Shown: piece by piece, positions 40,059-50,853 of the stretch
Position numbering within the stretch: the first letter of the stretch is position 1
Layout: each line of letters opens with the position of its first letter
DNA from: Mobula hypostoma
Lineage: Eukaryota
Assembly (NCBI RefSeq): GCF_963921235.1
Contig: NC_086097.1
Coordinates: forward strand, 48,486,001-48,550,000
Direction of reading: 5' to 3'
Length of the DNA: 64,000 nucleotides
Position numbers and translations under genes: made by a program
The notes under the pieces: model-generated
What the model was told of the DNA's origin: nothing
Seen by the model: the letters and a program-made list of their open reading frames with translations, nothing else
The model's database searches: none

Positions 40059-42089
40059 CACGTAGCACTGGCAGCAATCCTGAGAACGCCACCCTTGAGG
40101 TCCTGTTCTTCAGCCTAGTTCCCGAAACTCACACTTCAGGACCTCATCCCTCTTCCTGCCTACGTCGTTGGTACCAACATGTACCATGACTTCTGGTTGC
40201 TTTCCCTCTTGTACCAGGATGTCGTGCACCTGGTCAGAGACATCCCGGATCCTGGTACCCGGGAGGCAACAAACCATGTGGGTGTCCTTCTCACGTCCAC
40301 AAAATCTCCTGTCTGCTCCCCTGACTATAGTGTCCCCAGTGACGACAGCTCTCCTCTTCTCCATCCCACCCTTCTGCACCACAGAGTCAGACTCAGTGGC
40401 AGAGGCTCTGCCACCGTGGCTCACCCCTGGTCGGTCGTCCCCTCCAACAGTATCCAGGACGGTATACTTATTTTGCAGGGGAATGGCTACAGAGGTGCTC
40501 TGCACTACCTGTCTTCTCACCTTTGCTCTCCCCCCTCTGACTGTCACCCAGCAACCTGCTTCAGGCAACCTAAGTGTGACTACCTCCCTATAGCTCTCAT
40601 CTATGACTGCCTCATTCTCCTTCATGAGTTGAAGGTCATCCAGCTGCTGCTCCAGATTCCTTACACGGTCTTCCATATCGCCCAGCCGCATGCACTTCTG
40701 GCAGATGTGACTCTGTGGGAGAGGGGAGTTCCCCCAAGACTGCCACATCTCACGTGAGTGGCACATCACCATCTCAGGAGGCATTGTAGAGCCTAACTGG
40801 GGGCAAGCTCATCCTCTGCCCCTTCTCGTCGAAGCCTCTCGAGTCAAAGCCTCAAAGCTCCACTCCTTCACTAGCCCACTCACTCACTGGCTGCTCTGTT
40901 TGAGCTACTCCTCTATTAATTTGTTTGAGCTTTTCAAACTACTTGGTCACCTGACCTCGATTGCCCAATCAGCTACATTCTGCTGAATCTGAGCTGTTCA
41001 AATCTTGATTGTCTAATCAACTGCTTTCTGCTGAGCTATTCAAATCTTGCTTGACTTGATTGCACAGTCCAACTGCAAGAATCTCTTGAGTCAAAGCCTC
41101 AAAGCTCCGCTCACCCACTGGCCACTTAGATGTTGCCTGGCTCTAGCATTTTGTGAGTATTGCTGCAGTGGTTCACTACCTTGCAGGTGAAGAAATTCTT
41201 TCTCACCTTTGTTCTGACTGGACTGTGAGTTCTGGTTTGACGCACTCTAGCCAAAGGAAATATAGCTCTGCATCTGCTCTGACAAGACCAGGAGGAATTA
41301 TATACTTTTTAATGATAAAGATGTCATTTTTCTGAAACCGAAGTATGTAATTGTTACTGATATTATGTATTTAAAGATCTGATCAAGGAAGTGACTCATT
41401 TACAGAAGTGCAGTAGGTATTCACAGAGAATTTTGAGTTTAATTTTTTTTCTCTCCGTTTATGACCTTTTCTGGGTGGCGGGGGGGAAAGGAGTTTTCAT
41501 CAGTGAGCCTTGGCTCCATCATCAGGAAATTGGCATGTGATGAATAAAGGTATCAAAGGCTTTGTGGTTATAAATACCACAGATTGTCAATCACAGGGGT
41601 AAAGGTGAGATTGCTCTACAGACAACTCCCAGTGTATCATAGTCAGACTTTGAAGAATTGAGGATATGTATGTTATGGGTTGAATGCTCTCTGGTAAATT
41701 TCAACTTTTTTGCTGATCAATATCCTCAGATCTGAATGACTGGCATCGATAAACTGCTGTCAGACTGTATGGTTCTGTAAACCTCTGACTGTTTCACCAT
41801 CCTCTAGAGTGACTTCAGCAGAGCTACCCATAGTACTAGGTTGAAATGTGATGCACTGAGTTTTAGCCTTTTGTTGGTCGATCTTTGAAAGACTTACACA
41901 TAAGGAGCTGCTAGGTAGCTTTTCTTTTTTTTTAGGAATTTCCATACCTCAAATATTCAGAGGAATCTGGCAAAAATTTGTCTACCTGACCTGAGTTGGT
42001 TTCCATTCCTCCATGATATTAACAGATGTAGCTCCACGTTCCGAATGACCAACCAATTGGTTTGATGATTGAATAGGTGTATGAGGGAG

Positions 42090-42465
42090 GAACTTTGATG
42101 TGGATAATAAAAAGCTCTCCTATTCTATTTGGAAAACTGTCAAGAGCTTTTCAATAAACGCAAGGGATCCTGCAGACACTGTAAATCTAGAGTAACACAC
42201 ACAAAACGCTGGAGGAACACAGCAGATCAGGAAGCATTTATGGACAGTCGATGTATCAGGCCAGAACCACTCACCAAGACATTGAGGTTCTCAATGTCCA
42301 CTTGAAAAGCCAGACATAGCCCAAGTTTAATATTTCATCCCCATGACAGTACAATTCCCCTTCAGCACTGCACCAAAGTGTCAGCATTTATATGGTACTT
42401 AAGTATCGGAGGTGCTTGAATTTATAATTTTTAGACACAGGATGGATAGTATTATAAATGAGGTG
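42090..42465 (-). mobile_element. Deu-domain SINE fragment interrupted by a Penelope-derived piece (about 42157-42280)
   Basis: CCTTCAGCACTGCACCAAAGTGTCAGC and AGTTTAATATTTCATCC blocks; the insert has ACACACAAAACGCTGGAGGAACACAGCAG. Confidence 0.55.
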
Positions 42466-42984
42466 AATCTGAAAGCTTAAACAGGTAGCTTTCAATTCTC
42501 TGTGATGTGATAGATGTTATGAACTGCTTCAGGGAAGTAATGTCCTACTGTTCATTGATATATGTGTGCAAACGACATCCATTGAATTATTCTTTGTTCA
42601 GCCTTGCAGAGTAGACTCACTTTTTAGCTAGGATTGAAATGGCCACTTAGAGCTCTCCTGCCATGATCACTGTCAGCATGAGAAATATTTTCAACAAAAG
42701 TCATAGGAAAAAAAAAGATCAGATAGTTTGTTTAAGGGACAACGGATCAGTAGTGACAGTATTATGTTTGATCAGCATGAACATAAAACATACAACAGTT
42801 GGAATTTACTTCCATAATTTCCCATATCTGCCAACATGATGAAAATACCTTGCAAATAATCCCTTCCATAATTCAAAGGCAAATATTTTTATTCAGTGGT
42901 GTAGCGATATCAAAAGCTATCAAGGTAGACACACAATCTTTGCAACCACTTCTGCAAACTTGAGGGAGATAGAGTTAGAATGAT

Positions 42985-43840
42985 ATAAGAATATAATACC
43001 ATAAGATATAGGAGCAGAATTAAGCCAATCAGCCCATCAAGTCTCCTCTGCCATTTCATCATGGCTGATCCATTTCCTTCTCAAACACATTCTCCTACCT
43101 GTAATCTTTCATGCCCTGACTAATCAAGAACCTATCAACATCCAGCTGAAATGCATCTAGTGACTTGGCCTCCACAGCTGTCTGTGGCAATGAATTCCAC
43201 AGATTCGCCACCCTCTGGCTAAAGAAATTCCTCTTCATCCCTGTTCTAAATGAATGCCTCTCCATTTTGAGTCTATGCCCTGTGGTCCTAGACTTCCCCA
43301 TCAAAGGAAACATCCTCTTCACATTCACTCTATCTAGGCCTTACAACGTTCAATAGATTTCAATGAGATGCCCCCTCACTCTTCTAAATTCCAGTGAGCC
43401 ATCAGTCACTCCTCATACGATAAGCCTTACATTCTCAGAATCATTCTCATAAAAACTCCTCTGAAGCCTCTTCAATGTCAGTGCATCCTTTTTAAATAAG
43501 GGGACCAAAGCAACTCAGTACTCCAAGTGAGGTTTCACCAGTGCCTTATACAGCCTTAGCATTACATCATTGCTTTTATATTCTAGTCCTCTTGAAATGA
43601 ATGCTAGCATTCCATTCGCTTTCTTTACCATCGATTCAACCTGCAAATTAACCTTTAGGGAATCCTGTACAAGAACTCCCAAATCCCTTTGTAGCTTGGA
43701 ATTTTGAATTTTCTCCCCATTTAGAAAATAGTCTATGCTTTATTCAATCTACCAAACTGAAAGACCATACTCTTCCCTTTATTGTACTCCATCGGCTGCC
43801 TCTTTGCCCATCCTCCAAATCTATCTAAGTCCTTCTGCAC
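42985..43840 (-). mobile_element. Older CR1 LINE 3' fragment
   Basis: ORF 43095-43328 RMFPLMGKSRTTGHRLK...RNFFSQRVANLWNSLP; tail ATAAGATATAGGAGCAGAATT. Confidence 0.9.
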
Positions 43841-44619
43841 AGGTCAGGTGGGAAATCATCAAGTTGGGTTTCTGGCAAGTATTGCTTGTTATTCAGGCAG
43901 TTTCGATATGTGGAATTATTATGACCATCTCATCCTGTTCATACATAAATTTATATGAAATATGTGTGATGTACATACTAATTAATCAAATGTATAGAAT
44001 ATTTATTATTTAAATTATGTGCAAGTCTTTAATGAATAATGTTGGTCATATTCTCTTGAAAATGTTAGATTTTGCCTCCAGAACAAACATGAGGCCAATG
44101 ATGGTTGCTGCTGTTTATGAGTGAAAGTCTCAGCTGTATCAGATTAGGAATGGATAGACAGGTAAATATGAACATTCCAATGTTCCCTTCCAAGGAGAAT
44201 GCTGTGAAACTATTGTATTTGTGTGGCAGATACAAACTATTCTTATCAAAGAAAGTTGGCTTGTTGTTACATATATAAGCACCTCTATCAATGTGATAAG
44301 ATATTAGTGTTATCCGATCCTCTGGTGTTGCAAATTAATTGTCAAATGTGTAGAGTCTAATTTTTTTTCTGATTTTAAATTTAGTTACCAATTGAAAAAA
44401 AGTTAATTTGCTTACAGTCTATTTTTATTTCTTAAAAACTATTTTCTTTTAGTTTATTTTTCTTTTTTCACTGACTTTGACAGGAGATCATCTTTCCTTT
44501 CCTCCCTTCCTGACGTATCTCTTAGTCTGTCAATCTGATTGTTTGAGAAGAGGTGCAATTACTTTACCTCTGCAATTTAACAGGCAAAAATACTTTAATC
44601 TGAAAGTGCAAAAGCCTGA

Positions 44620-44900
44620 ATCTGGATCAGAAACCAGCTTATTACTAACGTATGACACAAAATTTGCTGTTGCTGTTATACAACAACAGTACAGTGCCAA
44701 GATAACAAAAAAAACCTATACTTTACAAAAATAAACACAAAGTGCAAAAAGAAATAAATAACCAAGTGGTGTTCATGGATTCATGGACTGTTCAGAAATC
44801 TGACGGCAGAGGAGAAGAAGCTGTTCCTAAAGTATTTAACAGTATGTGGGTCCTAAGGCTCCTCTACCACCTCACTGATGACGGCAATGTGAAGATTGCA
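44620..44900 (-). mobile_element. Rex1/Babar-type 3' end
   Basis: GTTCAGAAATCTGACGGCAGAGGAGAAGAAGCTGTTCCT (reverse complement of the SFF.SAVRFLN terminus) with an AT-rich UTR. Confidence 0.6.
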
Positions 44901-45084
44901 GGACATTACATGCCCTGATAAAGACAAGATCTATTTGTTATATTCCTATTTATGCACTGTTTATGTCTTGCTAGAAAACCATGAATTTTCTGTGTGTGTC
45001 CTTCTTCAGAAGTATTAGGTTCAGTTCCCTCCAAACAGCCTTATTCTGGGGGGAGGCTGGGAGGAGATCAGAATGCCATTCCGA

Positions 45085-45420
45085 AGCAACATACACAAAT
45101 TGCTGGAGGAACTCAGCAGACCAGGTAACATCAATGAAAAAGAGTAAACAGCAGATATTTCGGGCCGAGACCCTTCTTCAGAATTGCAGAAAGGTCTCAG
45201 CCCAAAACGTCTGATGGCTCTGGGACTTTACTCACTAGAATTTAGAAGAATGAGGGGCATCTCATTGAAACCTATTGAATATTGAAAGACCTAGATAGAG
45301 TGGATGTGAAGATGTTTCCTTTACTCTTTTCCATAGAAGCTGCCTGGCCTACTGAATTCCTCTAGCACCTTGCATGAGTTGCTTTCTGGATTTCCAGCAT
45401 CTGCAGATTTCCTCTTGTTT
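45085..45420. mobile_element. Penelope-derived palindrome containing an internal CR1 fragment (about 45212-45320)
   Basis: Inverted arms with TTTCGGGCCGAGACCCTTC and AAGGTCTCAGCCCAAAACGTC; the insert reads TACTCACTAGAATTTAGAAGAATGAGGGG (YSLEFRRMRG). Confidence 0.75.
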
Positions 45421-45810
45421 CTGATGCCATTCTGGATTGATATCTGGTGATTTGCAAGTTTCATTTTGCATGATATTGAGGTGATTTGCATATGTTGATA
45501 ATAGTTATCATAGTTCTTCCTGCTGCTTGCCCCAGCTGGTCACATGATTTATGTCAAATAGTTTGCTCAGTTTTTCTAAGCAATAGGAATAGGCTGTATT
45601 GCAATCCAATCTATATAAGTGTTTTGTAAGGTTGGTAAGCTTCTTTAAACTTGTATTGTATCCCATAAAAAAAAATCAGGTAAAATTTGGGCTGAAAACA
45701 GAAGAGACCTTCAGTTCAGTTTTGTAACCTTCCATTGGAGAGTGTATATACTCTGCAAAGAATTACCTGATATTCTTTCAGGGAATTCACTGTACATTGG
45801 TATGTCTAGT

Positions 45811-46536
45811 CTAAGGAGCTGGTGGTAGACCTGAGGAGAGCCAAGGTACCGGCGACCCCTGTTTCCATCCAGGGGGTCAGTGTGGACATGGTGGAGGATT
45901 ACAAATACCTGGGGATACGAATTGACAATAAACTGGACTGGTCAAAGAACACTGAAGCTGTCTACAAGGAGGGTCAGAGCCGTCTCTATTTCCTGAGGAG
46001 ACTGAGGTCCTTTAACATCTGCCGGACGATGCTGAGGATGTTCTACGAGTCTGTGGTGGCCAGTGCCATCATGTTTGCTGTTGTGTGCTGAGGCAGCAGG
46101 CTGAGGGTAGCAGACACCAACAGAATCAACAAACTCATTCGTAAGGCCAGTGATGTTGTGGGGATGGAACTAGACTCTCTGATGGTGGTGTCTGAAAAGA
46201 GGATGCTGTCCAAGTTTCATGCCATCTTGGACAATGTCTCCCATCCACCACATAATGTACTGGTTGGCCACAGGAGTACATTCAGCCAGAGACTCATTCC
46301 ACCGAGATGCAACACAGAGCGTCACAGGAAGTCATTCCTGCCTGTGGCCATCAAACGTTACAACTCCTCCCTTGGAGGGTCAGACACCCTGAGCCAATAG
46401 GCTGGTCCTGGACTTATTTTCTGGCATAATTTACATATTACTATTTAACTATTTATGGTTTTATTACTATTTAATTATTTATGGTGCAACTGTAACAAAA
46501 ACCAATTTCCTCCGGGATCAATAAAGTATGACTATG
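45811..46536 (+). mobile_element. Young 5'-truncated Rex1/Babar LINE, same family as 32430-33645
   Basis: ORFs 45822-46091 and 46158-46400 are nearly identical to the C-terminal part of the 330 aa ORF; tail TATGACTATGA. Confidence 0.95.
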
Positions 46537-49435
46537 AATCTCTCAGAAACTAGGTTATGCAGGAAAAGAGGTTCATTGCTGGTGGTAAATCACTGTGGAA
46601 TTTTAGGAATGAAAATAATTAACAGCCCAGTAAGTACCATTCTATTGAGCAAAAGCTGTGAATGCTGGAAATCAGAAATAAAACAGAAAATGTTGGAATC
46701 ATTCAATGAGACAGGCAGTGCTTGTGGAGAGATTTAACTTTTTAGGTCAATGTCATTTAATTAGATCTGCTACAATTGATAATGAAAAGGAACCTGTAAA
46801 AGTAGTTCTTAACTTAGCAACAAAAAAAAACTCAGTAGGTCAAGCAGCATTTGTAGGAGGAGAGGAATTGTTCTTTGAGATTGAAATCCCCCACCTGCCC
46901 TGAGAGTAGAGAGGCAAGAAGGCCAGTGCAAGGGAGAATGGGAGAAAGGGAGTAGTGAGAATGGATTCCAAGGTGGATTGAGTGGAGGTGTAAGACAGTG
47001 GGCAGGTGGTGCCAGATAGGGGAGTAGGTCTCATACCAGAGAAGGGAAGGGTAGGGAAGGGGAAGTAGTTTTTGCCAGCTTCCTCGCGCTTTCAGCAATT
47101 TCAACCCTTACAGATGAATCTCAAGCCAAACCTAGAGGCCAGCTACTCTGTACAGATGGGAGAGACAACTGACGAGGTGGATGATTAGGCAAGATGCAGT
47201 TGTATATTGTATCCACAAGGCCACCATCATTAAATATGCAAACACACAATTATTAAATATGCAGCTTGGGTCTCACTGAGTACAGCATCCTTACATACAG
47301 AACCAGAAGACAAGCAAGGAAAGATAATTTAATTTGTTAAACTCCCTACACTGCTACCCTCGAGCCCTTCAGCTGACTAGTAGTGCTACGAACTGTCCCT
47401 CCTGGATTGTGGTGACGCCTTCTTGTCCAGCTTTTAATTGTTGGCCAGAATGTTCAATCAGGATGGTTTTGTTTGGAATGTTTGTTGAAGCTGAACACTA
47501 CAGGCCCTGCCACCCCTCTGATCCCAGATGGACTGGCTGCTCAGTCCCTCTCTGGGCATGGTGTTGCACCATCATCCCTGTGGGTATAACAAAATGTTTT
47601 AACCTTGATGAAAACTTCTGATTCCACTGTAAAAACTCAAATGCAAAGAATAAATTAAATCACACCAGCCAGTCGAACTACTTCACAAATGTTTCTGATA
47701 ATAAATTGCAAGTCAGCACAGTAGAAGGATAACGCTTCAATTTATATATTTACAAACAAACTAACCGAACGATTCAAAATACGATGGATTTAAATGTTTG
47801 CTTCATAGAGATAATCTGATTTTGTTACCTGCTGTGTGCTGATTTTCTTTGAATTTAACTAATACATGTTTATAAAGTAGTTTGAAGATTCAGCTTATAA
47901 TATTGAATACAATATTCGATTTACTGAAAAGGATAGAGACAAAGTGCTTTCCTCAGTGAAGTGTGACAATTGTTATTCATATATATTATCAGTGTTGTAA
48001 ATGTAACAGTAATGGTGATGAATTTTTAGTATATGTACCAGATAATGTCATTATTAACTTCCTTCAGGTCTTTTGCCCAACTAAGCAAACACCACCCTTC
48101 AACTCCTCTCTCCCCTTCACCAACCCCTCCAGACAGGTGCCAGACCCAGGATTTGAAAACTTTTTGACTGCTAAAGGGTTGTTGTGCCTGGCTGATGCTA
48201 TCATTCATCTGCAAAATTCTTGCTTTTTCTGTGTGGAGACCTCAGCTGGAGATGAATCACCATCAGAGACTACAGAAATTACTGGTAGCAGCCAATATAA
48301 AACATTTACTGCTTTATTGTCTGGATTTAATTCATTTTCACCATGATTGAAGTAAAAAAAAAATGGAATGGAATATATTTGTTTTTTTTATTGCCACTGC
48401 CTTATCTGCCAAGATGGGATACTTCATGTTCTGCATCTCGGGCTGCTTAAGTCTCAATCATGTAGGTTTCAGGGAAGCTGAAGATAAAAACTGCAGATTA
48501 GTTTCATACTTACCAGCAATACAACCTAATATTTCACTGGAAGTGGCCATGGATTGTGGTTACGCTGTTGTTCCTGCATTACATTTGTGACTGTTTAAAG
48601 AGACGGGGAAAAATGATTGCTTGCAGGTTCTGATTATTTGCTTTTGTGCTTGAAAGCATATGGAAGCTATTTTAAGTGGAAAACTGTGGATAATTATTGA
48701 GAGGTCCGTTGTGGCATATGTGCATCCTGCTGACTGCATGACAGACTTTACAAGATGGGTACAGCTTGGCAAATTAGTATTGTTCATAGCTTTGCGGAGG
48801 ACAAATGAGCAAACTGCACACCATTGTCAGCTAAACAAAATATCAAGAAATAAGCATCAAAACAGTGGAAAAATTAAACATGAACTCAGAAGTGTTTTAT
48901 GCACAGCAATCTTGGCTTGTGCTTATGTAAAGCTGCATATTCCTCTTTATATAATCACTGAACTTTTGATGTTGTATGCTTAACTTACTCCTTGCCTGCT
49001 TCTCCAGGGATTTAGTTCTTAGTAAGGCCTGAAATCATTCAATACTAAGCTGTCCCTGTCCATCTGTCAGTGTAACACTTCCTTATTAAAGGGCCACTTG
49101 CATCTGTTTTTTCGCCTGACAAGATGTTTAGTGAAAAGAGAGGATAGCAATGTGATTGATGAAATCATAATACTGCTGTATTATTGATCATTCTTGAGAC
49201 TTATAAATTAATGCTGTCTTCAATGGAAATTGACGATATTCAGGATACTTTGTCAGGGTTTGTGTATCAGTATTTTCTTCATATTATGTGTCAGCTATGC
49301 TTCAGTTGGTTTGCACTCTTGCATCCAAGTCAGAAGGTTGTAGATTTCAGCTTCTCTCCAGTGGCTTAAGCACATAATCGAAACTGACATACATAATCAA
49401 AGCAAGAAAATATTGCATTGTTGGAGGTGGTATCT

Positions 49436-50668
49436 TAGACCATAAGACCATAGGGTATAGGAGCAAAATTAGGCCACTCAACCCATCATGGCTGATTTAT
49501 TATCCCTCTCAATGCCAATCTCCTTCCTTCTCCCCATAATCTTTGGCACCCTGACTAATCAAGAACCAATCAACCTCCACTGTAAATACACTCAGTGACT
49601 TGGCCTCCATAGCTGTCTGTGGCAATGAATTACACAGATTACCCACCCTCTGGCTAAAGAAATTCCTCATCATCTCTGTTCTAAATGGGCATCCCTCTAT
49701 TTTGAGGCTGTGTTCTTTAGTCCTAGACTCACTCGCTAAGAAACATCCTCTATCTAAGCCTTTCAATATTCAATAACTTTCAATGAGATCTCTCCTCATT
49801 CTTCTGAACTCCAGTGAGAACAGGCCCAGAGCCATCAGAAGCACCTCATACATTAACCCTTTAATTCCCAGCATCATTCTAGTGAACCTCCTCTGGATCC
49901 TCTCCAATGCTAAGACATCTTGTCTCAGATAAGGAGCTGAAAACTGCTCACAATACTCCAAGTGCAGTTTCACCAATGCCTTATAAAGTCACAGTATTAA
50001 ATCTTTTCTCTTATATTCTAGTGCTCTCAAAATGAATGCCAACATTGCATTTGCTTTCCTCACCACTGACTCAACCTGTAAGTTCTGGAATTCTGCACAA
50101 GCACTCCCAGGTCCTTTTGTACATTTGATTTTTCTCCCCATTTAGAAAATAGTCTATGCTTTTATTCCTTCTACCAAAGAGCATGACCTTACACTTCCCT
50201 ACACTATATTCCATCTGCCACTTCTTTGCCCATTTTTCCTATCTGTCCAAGTCCTTCTGCAAGGTGAACACTACCTGCCCCTCCACCTATCTTTGTATCG
50301 TCCACAAACTTAACCACAAAGCCATCAATTCCATCATTCAAATCATTGAAATATAATGTGAAAAGAAGCAGTGCCAATACCTCTGCAGAACGCCACTAGT
50401 CACCGGCAGGCAACCTGAAAAGACCCCCTTTATTCCCACTCTTCGCCTTCAGCCAGTCAATCTTCTGTCAATGCTTGCATCTTTCCTGTAATACCATGGG
50501 CTCTTTTCTTGTTAAGTAACCTCATGTGTGGCACCCCATCAAAAGCCTTCTGAAAATTCAAGTAAACAACATCCACTGGCTCTCCTTTGTCTAAACTGCC
50601 GGTTATTTATTCAAAGATCTCCAACAAATTTGTCAGGCGTGATTTCCCCTGAAGGAAACCATGCTGAT
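49436..50668 (-). mobile_element. Older CR1 LINE RT/3' fragment (short continuation at about 53640-53700), inserted in a Deu-SINE head (49290-49435)
   Basis: ORFs 49509-49766 and 49770-49976; [20 protein letters not shown] at the right edge. Confidence 0.88.
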
Positions 50669-50853
50669 GAGAGGGGGAGAGGGGGAGAGGGGGAGAGGGG
50701 GAGAGGGGGAGAGGGGGAGAGGGGGAGAGGGGGAGAGGGGGAGAGGGGGAGAGGGGGAGAGGGGGAGAGGGGGAGAGGGGGAGAGGGGGAGAGGGGGAGA
50801 GGGGGAGAGGGGGAGAGGGGGAGAGGGGGAGAGGGGGAGAGGGGGAGAGGGGG
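50669..50853 (+). repeat. Perfect (GGGGGAGA)n tandem repeat, about 23 copies
   Basis: Pure purine 8-mer array read directly from the sequence. Confidence 0.97.

Larger units (their letters stand above)
37492..40784 (-). pseudogene. CR1 ORF1 remnant: zinc-finger/coiled coil plus SGNH esterase domain, interrupted
   Basis: HICQKCMRL..LEQQLDDL, VVTGDTIVRG, VHVGTND, SGLLPV, then after the nested CR1 LNAWLRSWCRARGFRFLDH and DGLHLN. Confidence 0.85.
34518..41126 (-). mobile_element. Full-length CR1 LINE (5' UTR, ORF1, ORF2), frameshifted, with two nested insertions
   Basis: ORF1 40784 down to about 37492; ORF2 in five pieces 37346-34583 ([39 protein letters not shown]); 3' tail (TTCTATG)n at about 34520. 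Confidence 0.93.

Noticed and set aside
40110..40784. Host SGNH esterase gene
   Set aside because: Position and motifs identify it as CR1 ORF1, and it is interrupted.
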